From IMG/VR virus record IMGVR_UViG_3300028549_003029, positions 91 to 64,090 of that record: DNA of 64,000 bases; one strand, written 5' to 3'. The notes under the pieces were generated by a model. The model saw only the letters and a list, made by a program, of their open reading frames with translations, ran no database searches and was not told where the DNA came from. This document shows, in pieces, positions 46,900 to 56,336 of this stretch. The stretch is from a virus. Position 1 is the stretch's first letter. The number at the start of each line of letters is the position of its first letter. Position numbers and translations under genes: made by a program.

Positions 46900-46916
46900 G
46901 TATTTTATTTGAACGA

Positions 46917-47775
46917 ATGGGGGTTAATTTTGTTCGATATGCCATCTGGTAAACTGACGAGTATGCTTATAAGCTATCTTCAGCACATCTTTTCTGATGA
47001 GGAGTTGGTGACCCCAATGTACTTGTGGAACAAGGACCAGAAGGTATCGAGAATTAGAATTAGCTCTGTATTCGTCGTAAACAATGAGACTCCATTAAGC
47101 TCTCCTTACATAACTGTCAGAAGAGGGTCTCATAACTTTCTTCGAGTTGGTATCGACGATTTCATTGAAGGTGATAACATCACTCTCGAAAGAAAATCCG
47201 CTCCACTTGAGGGTAATGTAATGTTTACAGTTGGAGCAAGATCTTCTATCGAAGCATCTAACATTGCTCAATTCATAGCAGAGTATTTGCAGACTGAAAG
47301 ACACGGGATAATCCACAAGTCAGGATTCTTGAGAAATTTCAAGATAATCGGCGTTGGAGAAGAGGTTCCAAAGGTTGTGGATTCAGTAGTTCATAGATAT
47401 GAAGTGTCTGTTCCTGCATTCTCTTCTTCAATGTACATAAGCAGTCGTGACTACACCGCAGGAGACCCGTTCAATATGACCGAGTTTCTTGGATACGACA
47501 AGATATCTGACAAGAGCTCTTGCGTGTTAGATGCGAATGTCTTAACTGATTTGAACAAGACTTTTGGTGAGAGCTACTCTTACGACTACTTCCTTGAACC
47601 AGGGAAGCTTTACTACGCAAATATCGATGGAACAAGTTATGAAATAATAAGCATTTTGAGCGATCATAGCATTTTACTTAAAGATGCAACGTTCGCACCT
47701 AGTACTACGAAAAATTACAATATAATCTGGAATACCAGTGGAATTCACTGGATAGCTAAAAAGGAGAATGTATGA
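46917..47775 (+). CDS. probable tail terminator/completion protein
   Basis: directly upstream of the sheath gene; PYITVRRG pattern. Confidence 0.5.
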
Positions 47776-50117
47776 GTAATTACCAAGGCCCTAATGTGGC
47801 CGTTGAGCAGACCTTCAGCTCTGCGCCTGGCGCGGTTGCAGTAGAAGGTCTTCCGGCGGCTATCATTGGTACTTCTTATGAAGTTTTTGAAAATGATTCC
47901 GTTGGAGAAGTTGGATCTGCTTTCGACACAATTCTTAAATACAACACTGATAAAAAAGTGGTGTTCGATAAGACTGTTGCCGGACAGCGTATTCTTGACT
48001 TCTATGCACCAACAGTAGTAGTATCAACAAATGGTGCTCAGTACCCTGTTGACAATGCTACATTCTCTGCCACTGGAATCAGTATTCCTAAAAACCTGTC
48101 TTATGACATTAGCGGAACAGTATTGTCTGCATCAATGCCGTACTTCGGAACAGACTCAGCTGTATCTACAGTTGTAGGTGGAAAAGTTGTTCTTACTCAG
48201 AGTATTACTGGATACGAAATCTTTGCTGGTCTCGAAGTTATTCGCGACGGAGTATCGATTGGCCGTGTCAAAACAGTATCTACTGATGGATTGACAATCG
48301 AGCTTGAAACTGCTGCTACGAACGATGCGACTGCGAAGAAGATCGTTATCGGAGCAACAAGCACTGCGCCAACTGTTGCAAACACAATTTTGCTTAACTC
48401 TCCAATCTCGTCTGTAAAAACCGGTGATATCATTAAGTTCACTTCTAATATTTCTGGCGTAAATGTTGAATACAAAGCTTCTGTGAAGCGCGTTTTCAAC
48501 AACGGATATGCAATTGAGATCAACACAGAAGCATCTTACACTACAGACGTGTCTTACTTGGACATTTCAAAAGTGTTCGGATTCACTGCAAGCTGTGGCG
48601 GATCAACTGTTGTTATCACAAGCGTAAAAGCAGCTCGACTTGCAGGTTTCGCTAAATTCATCTCCAATGTTGCTTTCACAGCAGTTGTAGGCGAAAACAA
48701 GCTTACCGTAGCGGCTGGAACAGCATCTGTTGGCGACACTGTTAAAATCGGCACTTCTTACTTCAAAGTAATTGGTGTTAACCCGGCTAGAACAAACGTG
48801 TTTATCAGCGGAGTTGCTACAGCAACCTCCGGAAATTATGACCACTTTAAAACCACGGTATCTTCTCAGATCCGCGCTTCTTATCGTGCAATTAATGTTG
48901 GAGAAGTAGAGAACGTCCGTCGCATTACAGGTCTCAACGATGTTGAAAAGTACTTCGGTACAGTTTCTCCGTTCAACGAACTTGCATTCATGGCATCTCA
49001 GGCTCTCGCTGGTAACGGCGGCAAAGTTATTTATGCGTTCAACCTGTCTTCTGCAATTGCGACAATTTCTGCTGAATATACAAAAGCTCTCGCAGCTATG
49101 AAAATGTTCGATGTTTACTCGCATGCATTCGGGACCGACTTCTCGATCGCTTCATCTGTTCTGTCTTATGTAAGTCAGCAGTCTGAATCATATCAGGCTC
49201 ATGAGCGTATCGCTCGCTTGACATACGAGCAGAAGAGTTTGTACGCTCTTGGGGAAGTAAACGGGACTTACGCTTCCGGCGTTCTTACTATGGTTGCCCC
49301 TGCTGGAACTGACATTGACGATATCGTAATCCTGAAAGACTCTGCTGGTAAAACTCTTGCAACTACAAAAGTTGTCGGAACACCAGGAGCCACATCTGTT
49401 CAGGTTAAACCTGTCACGTTCACTGGATCAGTTGCTTCTGCTGAGTTCTCTATCGGAACAGCATTTGCAAAATCTCAGCGTGTAAAAGCTCTTGGAGCTC
49501 TTTCAAACAGACGTGCGAAGATTATCTGTCCAGGATACTTCACTGGCACAGTAAACGGTAAAGAGATGACTCTTCCTCCATACTTCATCACAGCTTACTA
49601 CGCTGGTCTTGATGATGGTCAGAAGCCTTCTCAGTCGTTTACCAACCTCGGTGTTGCTATCGGTTCAATCACGAACATTTCACTTGCAACAGACACCTAC
49701 TGGGATGTTGATTTGCTTGACGAGATCGGATCTGGCGGTATCGATATTATCGTTCAGGATGGGATTACCACTACAAACGTAGTTAAATCTCGCCATGACC
49801 TTACAACCGATATGGAAGACGTTCTCACTCGTGAGTGGTCTATCACCAAGCAGGTTGACATTAGCGCGAAAACTCTTCGCGGAGTTGCTCGCAAGTTCAT
49901 CGGTGTGTACAACATTACTCCTGAGCTTATCAAGAACCTCAAAGCTTCTTTGGTAATTGCAGCAGGCGCTCTTGTTGATGGCAAAAACATTTCCGGACTT
50001 ACTATCGTTAGCATTAACCGCGACGAAAAAGTAGCTGACAAAATCGTTATTGGAGTAAAAGGAACGGTATTCGTTGCTGGTAACTACTATGACATCACAA
50101 TAAATGTGGGAGTATAA
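47772..50117 (+). CDS. contractile tail sheath protein
   Basis: YQGPNVAVEQ N-terminus, PAAIIG, LPPYFITAYYAGL, RHDLTTD, C-terminal YYDITINV; 781 aa with beta-rich insertions. Confidence 0.85.
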   Translation: MSNYQGPNVAVEQTFSSAPGAVAVEGLPAAIIGTSYEVFENDSVGEVGSAFDTILKYNTDKKVVFDKTVAGQRILDFYAPTVVVSTNGAQYPVDNATFSATGISIPKNLSYDISGTVLSASMPYFGTDSAVSTVVGGKVVLTQSITGYEIFAGLEVIRDGVSIGRVKTVSTDGLTIELETAATNDATAKKIVIGATSTAPTVANTILLNSPISSVKTGDIIKFTSNISGVNVEYKASVKRVFNNGYAIEINTEASYTTDVSYLDISKVFGFTASCGGSTVVITSVKAARLAGFAKFISNVAFTAVVGENKLTVAAGTASVGDTVKIGTSYFKVIGVNPARTNVFISGVATATSGNYDHFKTTVSSQIRASYRAINVGEVENVRRITGLNDVEKYFGTVSPFNELAFMASQALAGNGGKVIYAFNLSSAIATISAEYTKALAAMKMFDVYSHAFGTDFSIASSVLSYVSQQSESYQAHERIARLTYEQKSLYALGEVNGTYASGVLTMVAPAGTDIDDIVILKDSAGKTLATTKVVGTPGATSVQVKPVTFTGSVASAEFSIGTAFAKSQRVKALGALSNRRAKIICPGYFTGTVNGKEMTLPPYFITAYYAGLDDGQKPSQSFTNLGVAIGSITNISLATDTYWDVDLLDEIGSGGIDIIVQDGITTTNVVKSRHDLTTDMEDVLTREWSITKQVDISAKTLRGVARKFIGVYNITPELIKNLKASLVIAAGALVDGKNISGLTIVSINRDEKVADKIVIGVKGTVFVAGNYYDITINVGV

Positions 50118-50119
50118 TA

Positions 50120-50806
50120 ATGGCTGAAACTACTAGCATTTCAGGATGGGATTGGGATACCAATCACGTCAATACTACAGCAACAGCAACAGGTGGGACG
50201 TTCAAGCCTGAAGACTTTGTTGAAGCTGGGACTGTACTGATTCTTGCCGGCCCTTCTAAGCTTGCAGAAAATGACGTAGCAATTAAAACAACACAGCTTA
50301 TCCCAATTGGTCTTGTTGACCAGTTCTCTGTTTCACAACAGAAGAACATTCAGCAGATCTTTGAGATTGGGTCTAAGTTGAACTACGTTGTGCCTGGTCG
50401 TACAGTTGGCCAGATTCAGATTGCAAGAGCATTCTTTGACGGAGCTTCTCTCATGAAGGCTCTAACAGCTCAAAGAGGCGGGACAGAAAACCCTTCAGCT
50501 GCAAATGCTGCAGGAGGAGGTTTGTACTCTATTACTGACAACTTCACTAAAGCAGGCGTGGCTCAGGTTGGTTCAGGTAATTTCTATGCAAACCTTGCTT
50601 CTTCTTTCTTTGATATCTCTCATGGGATTTGTCTCATGTTCAGAGATCAGAAGAAGGATAACGTTGCAATGTTGTACTTCGAAGACTGTCTGATCTCAGC
50701 ACACAACTTCGGCATTAGTGCTCAGCAGAATATTATTCAAGAAGCGTGTTCAATCACGTACTCTCGAATCGTACCTGTTGCAGTTGCGGCGACTGCGCTT
50801 AAGTAA
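50120..50806 (+). CDS. tail tube protein
   Basis: follows the sheath gene; PIGLVDQFSVSQQ...QIFEIGS, YFEDCLISAHNF. Confidence 0.8.
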   Translation: MAETTSISGWDWDTNHVNTTATATGGTFKPEDFVEAGTVLILAGPSKLAENDVAIKTTQLIPIGLVDQFSVSQQKNIQQIFEIGSKLNYVVPGRTVGQIQIARAFFDGASLMKALTAQRGGTENPSAANAAGGGLYSITDNFTKAGVAQVGSGNFYANLASSFFDISHGICLMFRDQKKDNVAMLYFEDCLISAHNFGISAQQNIIQEACSITYSRIVPVAVAATALK

Positions 50807-50812
50807 ATAGCT

Positions 50813-50850
50813 AAAAAAAATGGGAGTAGATTAATCTACTCCCATCACTT
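50813..50850. terminator. terminator at the convergent junction
   Basis: tgggagtagat/atctactccca 11-bp stem preceded by A8. Confidence 0.8.
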
Positions 50851-50940
50851 TTGCTTTGAACGCCGGATCTCCGGCGTTTTTTATTGCATTGAAGTTGCCT
50901 ACGAGATTTATGAACTTGTCATAAAAATCCTCGTGAACTT

Positions 50941-51459
50941 CTACTGTAACCACTCTCCGTCTACCATGGACGCGATCTTCTTCCCGTGGTGTACCACCGT
51001 CGGATTCCCTTCCAGGATTTTGCATAGCTTCATCCCCCCTCCAGGAGTTATCGCGAGATACTTCCCGTCGGTGAACCGCGCTTTGACCGACTCAAGGTTG
51101 TGAGCGGTGTTATCATTGACAGGAGTGTAATTCCCGTCAATTTCTACAGCGAAACCAGACAAGTTCATTCCAGTATCGATTACCGCTTTTTGCGGAAGTC
51201 TTGGACCTCTTTGCGACCCCGTCGAAAGAACCCCGCCGAAGTTTCCGCCGACTTCGTCTTCGTGATCTCTTGTTCTTTGGACATAGACCGACTCTGAAAC
51301 TTCCAGATCAGCTCCGCCGTAGCCGAGATCGCTAAGATCACTGTCGTTACCATCTTTATTGCGTTCAACCGCTGCTCCTTCAGTTTTGAGTTCTTCAAGA
51401 ACTCCCATTTCTTCATAATTCATAATTTCTCCGTATCTTCGTGCAATCAAGACCTTCAA
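50941..51459 (-). CDS. hypothetical protein (likely start MNYEEMG)
   Basis: acidic ORF following the exonuclease. Confidence 0.5.
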   Translation of the reverse strand: MKVLIARRYGEIMNYEEMGVLEELKTEGAAVERNKDGNDSDLSDLGYGGADLEVSESVYVQRTRDHEDEVGGNFGGVLSTGSQRGPRLPQKAVIDTGMNLSGFAVEIDGNYTPVNDNTAHNLESVKARFTDGKYLAITPGGGMKLCKILEGNPTVVHHGKKIASMVDGEWLQ

Positions 51460-52039
51460 TTTTGAGGGACTTGTTCACGGTATTGTTAAGGGTAATTGAC
51501 GCAACAATATCAGACAATGAGTTGTGCGCTTCAATAGGGATTCCATAGTGTTTGCACACTGTTCCAAGTTGCAAGTTCTCGATGTCCTGCGGGATCACTT
51601 CAGCGGCCCAAAGATACTTTACAGGAGCAAAGATATCAAGGTCGTATGTTTTAACATAAGCCCCAGATCCATACCCTGTAAGTCTGTGGAACCAATTCCA
51701 CAAAACATCTTTATCAAATCCGCTGTTGTAACCCATCGGGATGAAGAACTGGTCTTTCTTGAACTTTGACACATACTTCCCAAGCATAGGGACGAGATGA
51801 TCGTTAAGCACTTCCAAAGGGTCAGGCCAAGTAAGGCACTCGTCCTTATTGATCCCTGTAACTTCAAAGGCCTTGTCATTCATTGAGCACCCTTCGTGAG
51901 GTCTCATTCTGAAGTCAAAGAACTCTTGTATCACTTTGTCAATTACGATTGCTCCGGATATTGTGAGAAGACCACAAGTCGCAGCATTTGAGTCTGTTGT
52001 TTCCGTGTCAAACGGAAGAATTCTACTCGGCATTTGCAT
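51413..52039 (-). CDS. DEDDh 3'-5' exonuclease (DnaQ-like)
   Basis: FDTET (ExoI), GYNSGFD (ExoII), HNSLSD (ExoIII). Confidence 0.9.
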   Translation of the reverse strand: MQMPSRILPFDTETTDSNAATCGLLTISGAIVIDKVIQEFFDFRMRPHEGCSMNDKAFEVTGINKDECLTWPDPLEVLNDHLVPMLGKYVSKFKKDQFFIPMGYNSGFDKDVLWNWFHRLTGYGSGAYVKTYDLDIFAPVKYLWAAEVIPQDIENLQLGTVCKHYGIPIEAHNSLSDIVASITLNNTVNKSLKIEGLDCTKIRRNYEL

Positions 52040-52289
52040 ACTCCATGAGTATCTCAGCGTGACACTTTACAGGGGCGCAATAACAGACAAGGTCTTTACC
52101 CTTGAGCTCTTTTATCGCAGCCTCTTTCAAGCTGTCGTTCGCGTAGAAATACTCTTTAAATTTTTCGATAACTTCAAGCCTGTCTCCGTCAACGCCTATT
52201 ACAAAAGGGTTTCCGAACTTTGAAGGCCTAGCGACAAAAACGCAACCCTTTGGGATTGCGTCTCTTTTTGCATTGTAGATTTTATTTAT
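52023..52289 (-). CDS. DUF4326-like protein (absent from ORF track; no canonical start)
   Basis: manual translation VFVARPSKFGNPFVIGVDGDRLEVIEKF...LKGKDLVCYCAPVKCHAEIL. Confidence 0.7.
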   Translation of the reverse strand: MNKIYNAKRDAIPKGCVFVARPSKFGNPFVIGVDGDRLEVIEKFKEYFYANDSLKEAAIKELKGKDLVCYCAPVKCHAEILMEYANAE

Positions 52290-52290
52290 G

Positions 52291-52659
52291 TTAACAACCT
52301 TTTACAAAATCGCCCTTCGGAAAGAGCCCTCGATTCTCAATCATACTTGTTGGCCCATTAACATCTTTTGGTTCAACATCTTTAATACTCGGGATCCGGT
52401 CAGAATTAATATTTGAATCGGCTTTGTTTTCCCATCCAACATCTTTGTCTTTCGGGTCTTTATCCGATACAGGAACAATCTCTCTGGAACTGTCGATCAA
52501 ATAGTTTACACTATCGATGACACTGTCAATCTGAGACACTGATGTGTCAACAGAATCGACCACAATGGTAATACTGTCGCCCACAGGAACTTTTCCAGTG
52601 GATTCGATCTTTGCGCAGCTTGCAATTAAAAGCAAGATGGCGAGAATAATAAATCTCAT
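52291..52659 (-). CDS. putative lipoprotein
   Basis: MRFIILAILLLIASC lipobox-type signal. Confidence 0.6.
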   Translation of the reverse strand: MRFIILAILLLIASCAKIESTGKVPVGDSITIVVDSVDTSVSQIDSVIDSVNYLIDSSREIVPVSDKDPKDKDVGWENKADSNINSDRIPSIKDVEPKDVNGPTSMIENRGLFPKGDFVKGC

Positions 52660-52793
52660 ACGGTAACCTTTCCGGCTATTTAGCCAATTACAATGCAAAA
52701 CTAAAATATATGCGGAGCGCCACTCTTGCGTATGTTTTCCATTTGGCCCATACCGGGTAGCGGGTTTGCGCGTGGTGCGCTCCATAGTTGTTA

Positions 52794-53162
52794 TTACATA
52801 TTACTCACCGGTATAACACCGGCTAACTTCAGCTCTCTGAAAACGGCTGTCTGATCTTCATCAGTTGCATCGTCGAGGAGCTTCCATAAAGCATCGTACT
52901 TTGTAATCTCCCCGCCTTTGTCAATAAATGCTCCGCTGTCATATCCTCTTCCTTCAAAGTAGAACATGCTGCTTTTGTCAAAGACGTTGTCGAACTTAAT
53001 CGACACAATCTTATCTTCGAGCTTGACAGAGACTACGCTGTAGCCATTACGTTCCTGTATGTCCAAAGCCACCTTTGCGCTCCGTTTCATCAAGTGATTC
53101 AACCTTTTCAAAATCAGCTTGAACATATTCAGCGAACACAAACTGACCAATTCGTTCTCCAA
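52794..53162 (-). CDS. hypothetical protein (start uncertain)
   Basis: ORF overlapping the dUTPase 3' end. Confidence 0.45.
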   Translation of the reverse strand: MENELVSLCSLNMFKLILKRLNHLMKRSAKVALDIQERNGYSVVSVKLEDKIVSIKFDNVFDKSSMFYFEGRGYDSGAFIDKGGEITKYDALWKLLDDATDEDQTAVFRELKLAGVIPVSNM

Positions 53163-53469
53163 TATTTATGTGGAAATCTTTCTTTCCATGATTGATAAGG
53201 ATTACGCCAACTTCATTTCTGTAGTCACTGTCAATTGTACCCGGGGTGTTCAGTACGGTGACACCGTGTTTTGCAGCAAGTCCAGAGCGAGGTCTTACTT
53301 GAGCTTCATACCCTTCAGGGATTGCCATCATAAGACCTGTTTTAAGGACTTTTGACTCACCAGGGATGAGATTGTATTCCTCGGCTGAACAAATGTCGCA
53401 CCCTGCGCTCCCAGGAGTCTGGTAGTGCGGGATCATGTCTCCGATAATGAGAACTTTAATTTTTTCCAA
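53047..53469 (-). CDS. dut: trimeric dUTPase
   Basis: AGCD, PRSGLA, GTIDSDYR, RIGQ, RKGGFGHTG (motifs 1-5); likely TTG start. Confidence 0.95.
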   Translation of the reverse strand: MEKIKVLIIGDMIPHYQTPGSAGCDICSAEEYNLIPGESKVLKTGLMMAIPEGYEAQVRPRSGLAAKHGVTVLNTPGTIDSDYRNEVGVILINHGKKDFHINIGERIGQFVFAEYVQADFEKVESLDETERKGGFGHTGT

Positions 53470-53743
53470 AATTGAACCACTTCTTTCTTTTGATCTTTGT
53501 TCCAGCGATATTTGACGCAGCCTCATGGTACCAACCAATGTAATCACCTTTGATAACATGGAACGGATACTCACCTTCGTTTAACAGGAGAATGTCAAAC
53601 TCGTTAGCGTCAATAATACTGACTCTTCTGTTTCTAAGATGGACTTCAACCTCTTCAACTCTAGGATGAGTTAGTGTAACCCACTCAAAATCTCCAGGCT
53701 TGATTTCAACCGAGTTATCGGCTCTTACTAATTGCATAAACAC
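53456..53743 (-). CDS. hypothetical protein
   Basis: 95 aa, GGAGG SD. Confidence 0.55.
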   Translation of the reverse strand: MFMQLVRADNSVEIKPGDFEWVTLTHPRVEEVEVHLRNRRVSIIDANEFDILLLNEGEYPFHVIKGDYIGWYHEAASNIAGTKIKRKKWFNFGKN

Positions 53744-54053
53744 CTCCTTCTTTCATTAGCGGAAAATAGCTTTCAGGCTCTGGTAATTCAAGCGCTTTTT
53801 TTACATCGTATTTTGACGCATACTTAACACCTGAATGAGCACGCTTTTCATTGACAGCTCTGATTATTTCAGGGGCTTTAATCGTAGAGAGCGTACCGAA
53901 TTTTCCGTACAACCCATTAGTCTCAAGCATCACCTCCTTTCCATCTATCATTCCAAAGCAAGCTTTCACTGTAAAGTGTGATTTGATTTCAACAATGAAA
54001 AGTGTGAAATCGGCATTCACACGCTTCACACTCTTGATCTTTAGTTTACGCAT
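53715..54053 (-). CDS. hypothetical protein
   Basis: 112 aa, GGAG SD. Confidence 0.55.
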   Translation of the reverse strand: MRKLKIKSVKRVNADFTLFIVEIKSHFTVKACFGMIDGKEVMLETNGLYGKFGTLSTIKAPEIIRAVNEKRAHSGVKYASKYDVKKALELPEPESYFPLMKEGGVYAISKSR

Positions 54054-54244
54054 TTTTCTCCAGTCTCTACGTTGTAGTCGATATGTTCAAAGTTGCCGCA
54101 TCCAGGACATTCTATGATTACAGTGGAGGTCTCTGAAACGGGGTAATAGCTGTCCCAGTTATCAAGCCGGCTCGATTCAACTGCCTCGTCAAATTCTTCT
54201 TCTATGTCGCGATCACAATTGTGACAAGTTACAGTTTTGTCCAT
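54041..54244 (-). CDS. small Zn-ribbon protein
   Basis: CHNC...CPGC. Confidence 0.6.
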   Translation of the reverse strand: MDKTVTCHNCDRDIEEEFDEAVESSRLDNWDSYYPVSETSTVIIECPGCGNFEHIDYNVETGEKCVN

Positions 54245-54543
54245 CCGACAACATCTCCCCTTTTTAATGAAAGCTTTGAAGCTACTCTGAAACTGTCTAG
54301 CGCCTCAATACCAGGATTGCACTCGAAGTCTTTAGTGTTAATCCTTGAGACTGAGAATACGCCTTCTCCGATCACACCTGTAACTCTAACACTTTTCTTT
54401 GTGCAAGACTTTATGGATTTTGCGACATCCTTAATGCTTCCGGCTATATTATAATACTTCTCTTCAACCATTGCTTCAGATGCGTACTTTAAGTACCGCA
54501 TCACCTTCTCATAGTCTGTATCTGAAATTACTATCTTTTTCAC
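54229..54543 (-). CDS. hypothetical protein
   Basis: 104 aa; C-terminal LKRGDVV. Confidence 0.5.
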   Translation of the reverse strand: MKKIVISDTDYEKVMRYLKYASEAMVEEKYYNIAGSIKDVAKSIKSCTKKSVRVTGVIGEGVFSVSRINTKDFECNPGIEALDSFRVASKLSLKRGDVVGWTKL

Positions 54544-54899
54544 TTGAACACCTTCTTTAATTCTTCGTAGAAGTCTGGGTTCATTTTCATCGAACCAATC
54601 TTCCCTGTTTTCATGACTTCGATAAGGTACTTCTCCTTATCGGCCTTCTTTGAAAGCTCACTCTTGAGACAGTTCTTCCACCATCTGAAGTCGTAATGCC
54701 TTGAGTGAAGATTGAGGTCGTCAGTCAAGTCGGACACATTGATAGTGTAAGAGTTGCCATTTACGTTCTTTATCTTTGGATTCTGCCCGATCGAATCTAT
54801 TGCATTTTCTACAATGGTGTCGATTCTTTCCGATAGTATCATCATCTGAGATTTAGACGTGCTTATCTCAGCGAAAATTTCTTTCATTCCCATTTCCAA
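54540..54899 (-). CDS. hypothetical protein
   Basis: 119 aa, 4-nt overlap. Confidence 0.55.
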   Translation of the reverse strand: MEMGMKEIFAEISTSKSQMMILSERIDTIVENAIDSIGQNPKIKNVNGNSYTINVSDLTDDLNLHSRHYDFRWWKNCLKSELSKKADKEKYLIEVMKTGKIGSMKMNPDFYEELKKVFK

Positions 54900-55236
54900 G
54901 AGCCCCTTTCGGTCCTATCCACTGCGAAGGATTTCCGCAGCATTCTTCAGCTTTTTCTCCTGACCCGCACTTGCACAGGTCAATACCCCACCCGTTAACA
55001 CAGTGGTTACACTGGAACCACCTTCCAGAGAACATGTCGCTATTGATCATGTCAATTGTAAGCTCGCACCCTAACTTGGACTCAAACTCGCTCGTAGGCA
55101 TTGATGCAGAAGTTCCATCTGTAAACGAGATTGTTACGGCGCCGCACTCGCAAATTCCAAGGTTGTCGATAAGACCTTCAAGTATTTGATTCAACCCATT
55201 TTTTGTAAATATCTGAATCACCTCTAGTTTCACCAA
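54868..55236 (-). CDS. SEC-C-motif metal-binding protein
   Basis: CKCGSGEKAEECC plus CNHC. Confidence 0.65.
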   Translation of the reverse strand: MVKLEVIQIFTKNGLNQILEGLIDNLGICECGAVTISFTDGTSASMPTSEFESKLGCELTIDMINSDMFSGRWFQCNHCVNGWGIDLCKCGSGEKAEECCGNPSQWIGPKGALGNGNERNFR

Positions 55237-56005
55237 GAGCTCCTATTGACTTTAGGTAAATTGCATATTTTATGTGAGATTCCTTGCACTCCTTCTCCCA
55301 AATATCTGGGGAAAATTTGCACGATCGGTTCCAGTCTCCTGAATCATCACGAAGCTCCCTTGGACTGCAAGATGAACACTCAGTTCTAAATGCATTCTTT
55401 TTAAACATAGCTCCGCACTTACACTTTGAGCTTGTTCTTTTCAATGAAACTCCCATAACTTTTGCTGTTGAAACTGATCCTAAAGAGTCTTCAAATAAGT
55501 TAAGGTTCCCTGTCCATTTTTTAAGCCTAAGCTTTGTAGTGCATTCAATACATACTTCGGACTTGTTTAATTTTCCGCAGTACTTGCAATTTTTAGAGTG
55601 GCGCGAACACACCCCATTTTTATAGGCGTAATTATCACACCCTTCAATACTGCAGCTTGATTTTGCTCTCTTTTTAGGAGCGTAAGATGCGAGCCTCTTG
55701 TGATCCTTGCAGAATACAAAGTCTTCTAAAGCATCTTCTCCGCAAAAGCACTTACCTTCAATTGCAAGTGATCTCAGCTCTTTTACCTTGTCAGTAAGGC
55801 TGTCGGACTTTTCGCATGATATTAAAAAGGTACATCTTGACCCGATAATGTAATGATTTTCAGGAGTTGTAACTTTCCTTTCTGAGCATATTTTACATAG
55901 ACTTGAATTTGCAATTGTAGACCTTTTACTGCAAGCTATACATTTCATAGTAAGATCCTTAAAAAAAGGAAGATTAGCATCTGGCGTGTTACTTACTCTT
56001 CCCAT
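55178..56005 (-). CDS. multi-Zn-finger Cys-rich protein
   Basis: CIAC, CKIC, CFCG, CKDH, CSIEGC...GVCSRH, CKYC, CIEC, CKC, CSSC. Confidence 0.65.
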   Translation of the reverse strand: MGRVSNTPDANLPFFKDLTMKCIACSKRSTIANSSLCKICSERKVTTPENHYIIGSRCTFLISCEKSDSLTDKVKELRSLAIEGKCFCGEDALEDFVFCKDHKRLASYAPKKRAKSSCSIEGCDNYAYKNGVCSRHSKNCKYCGKLNKSEVCIECTTKLRLKKWTGNLNLFEDSLGSVSTAKVMGVSLKRTSSKCKCGAMFKKNAFRTECSSCSPRELRDDSGDWNRSCKFSPDIWEKECKESHIKYAIYLKSIGALGETRGDSDIYKKWVESNT

Positions 56006-56010
56006 TAAAC

Positions 56011-56244
56011 TTAACGGTAGTAGCTATTCAAAATTCTCGTAGAAGCGAGGCTGAGTGAGTTGGCAGCGAACCGAGTCTCTCTAAGCTTCTTAATCTCTTT
56101 TTCAGAGATGTCGTTAGGGGCAAGGGAGCTTGTCATCTTCTCAAGGCACATGCGAAGCGCATTGCTTGCGATCGTTTGGTCCTTTACAGCCATTTGTTCA
56201 GTAGAAGTCATTGTTGACGTCACAGGTTTCTTTTTAGCAGCCAT
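56011..56244 (-). CDS. hypothetical protein
   Basis: 77 aa, AAGGA SD. Confidence 0.55.
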   Translation of the reverse strand: MAAKKKPVTSTMTSTEQMAVKDQTIASNALRMCLEKMTSSLAPNDISEKEIKKLRETRFAANSLSLASTRILNSYYR

Positions 56245-56267
56245 TCCAAAATCCTTTTATAGAAATT

Positions 56268-56297
56268 AAAAAAGCACCTGATCATTTAATCAGGTGC
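56268..56297 (-). terminator. intrinsic terminator after groES
   Basis: gcacctgat/atcaggtgc stem with A-run. Confidence 0.7.
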
Positions 56298-56336
56298 CAT
56301 CAATATAGTTATAACATTTTTCACTGACGCATAACA

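Noticed and set aside
9553-50349. Many 60-170-aa antisense or alternate-frame ORFs inside long genes (e.g. 13142-13612, 27787-28296, 43567-43983)
   Set aside because: They are shadow ORFs of strongly codon-biased genes, with no SD or recognisable motifs.
47772-50806. eCIS/T6SS/tailocin locus
   Set aside because: Capsid, prohead protease and terminase genes are in the same block.
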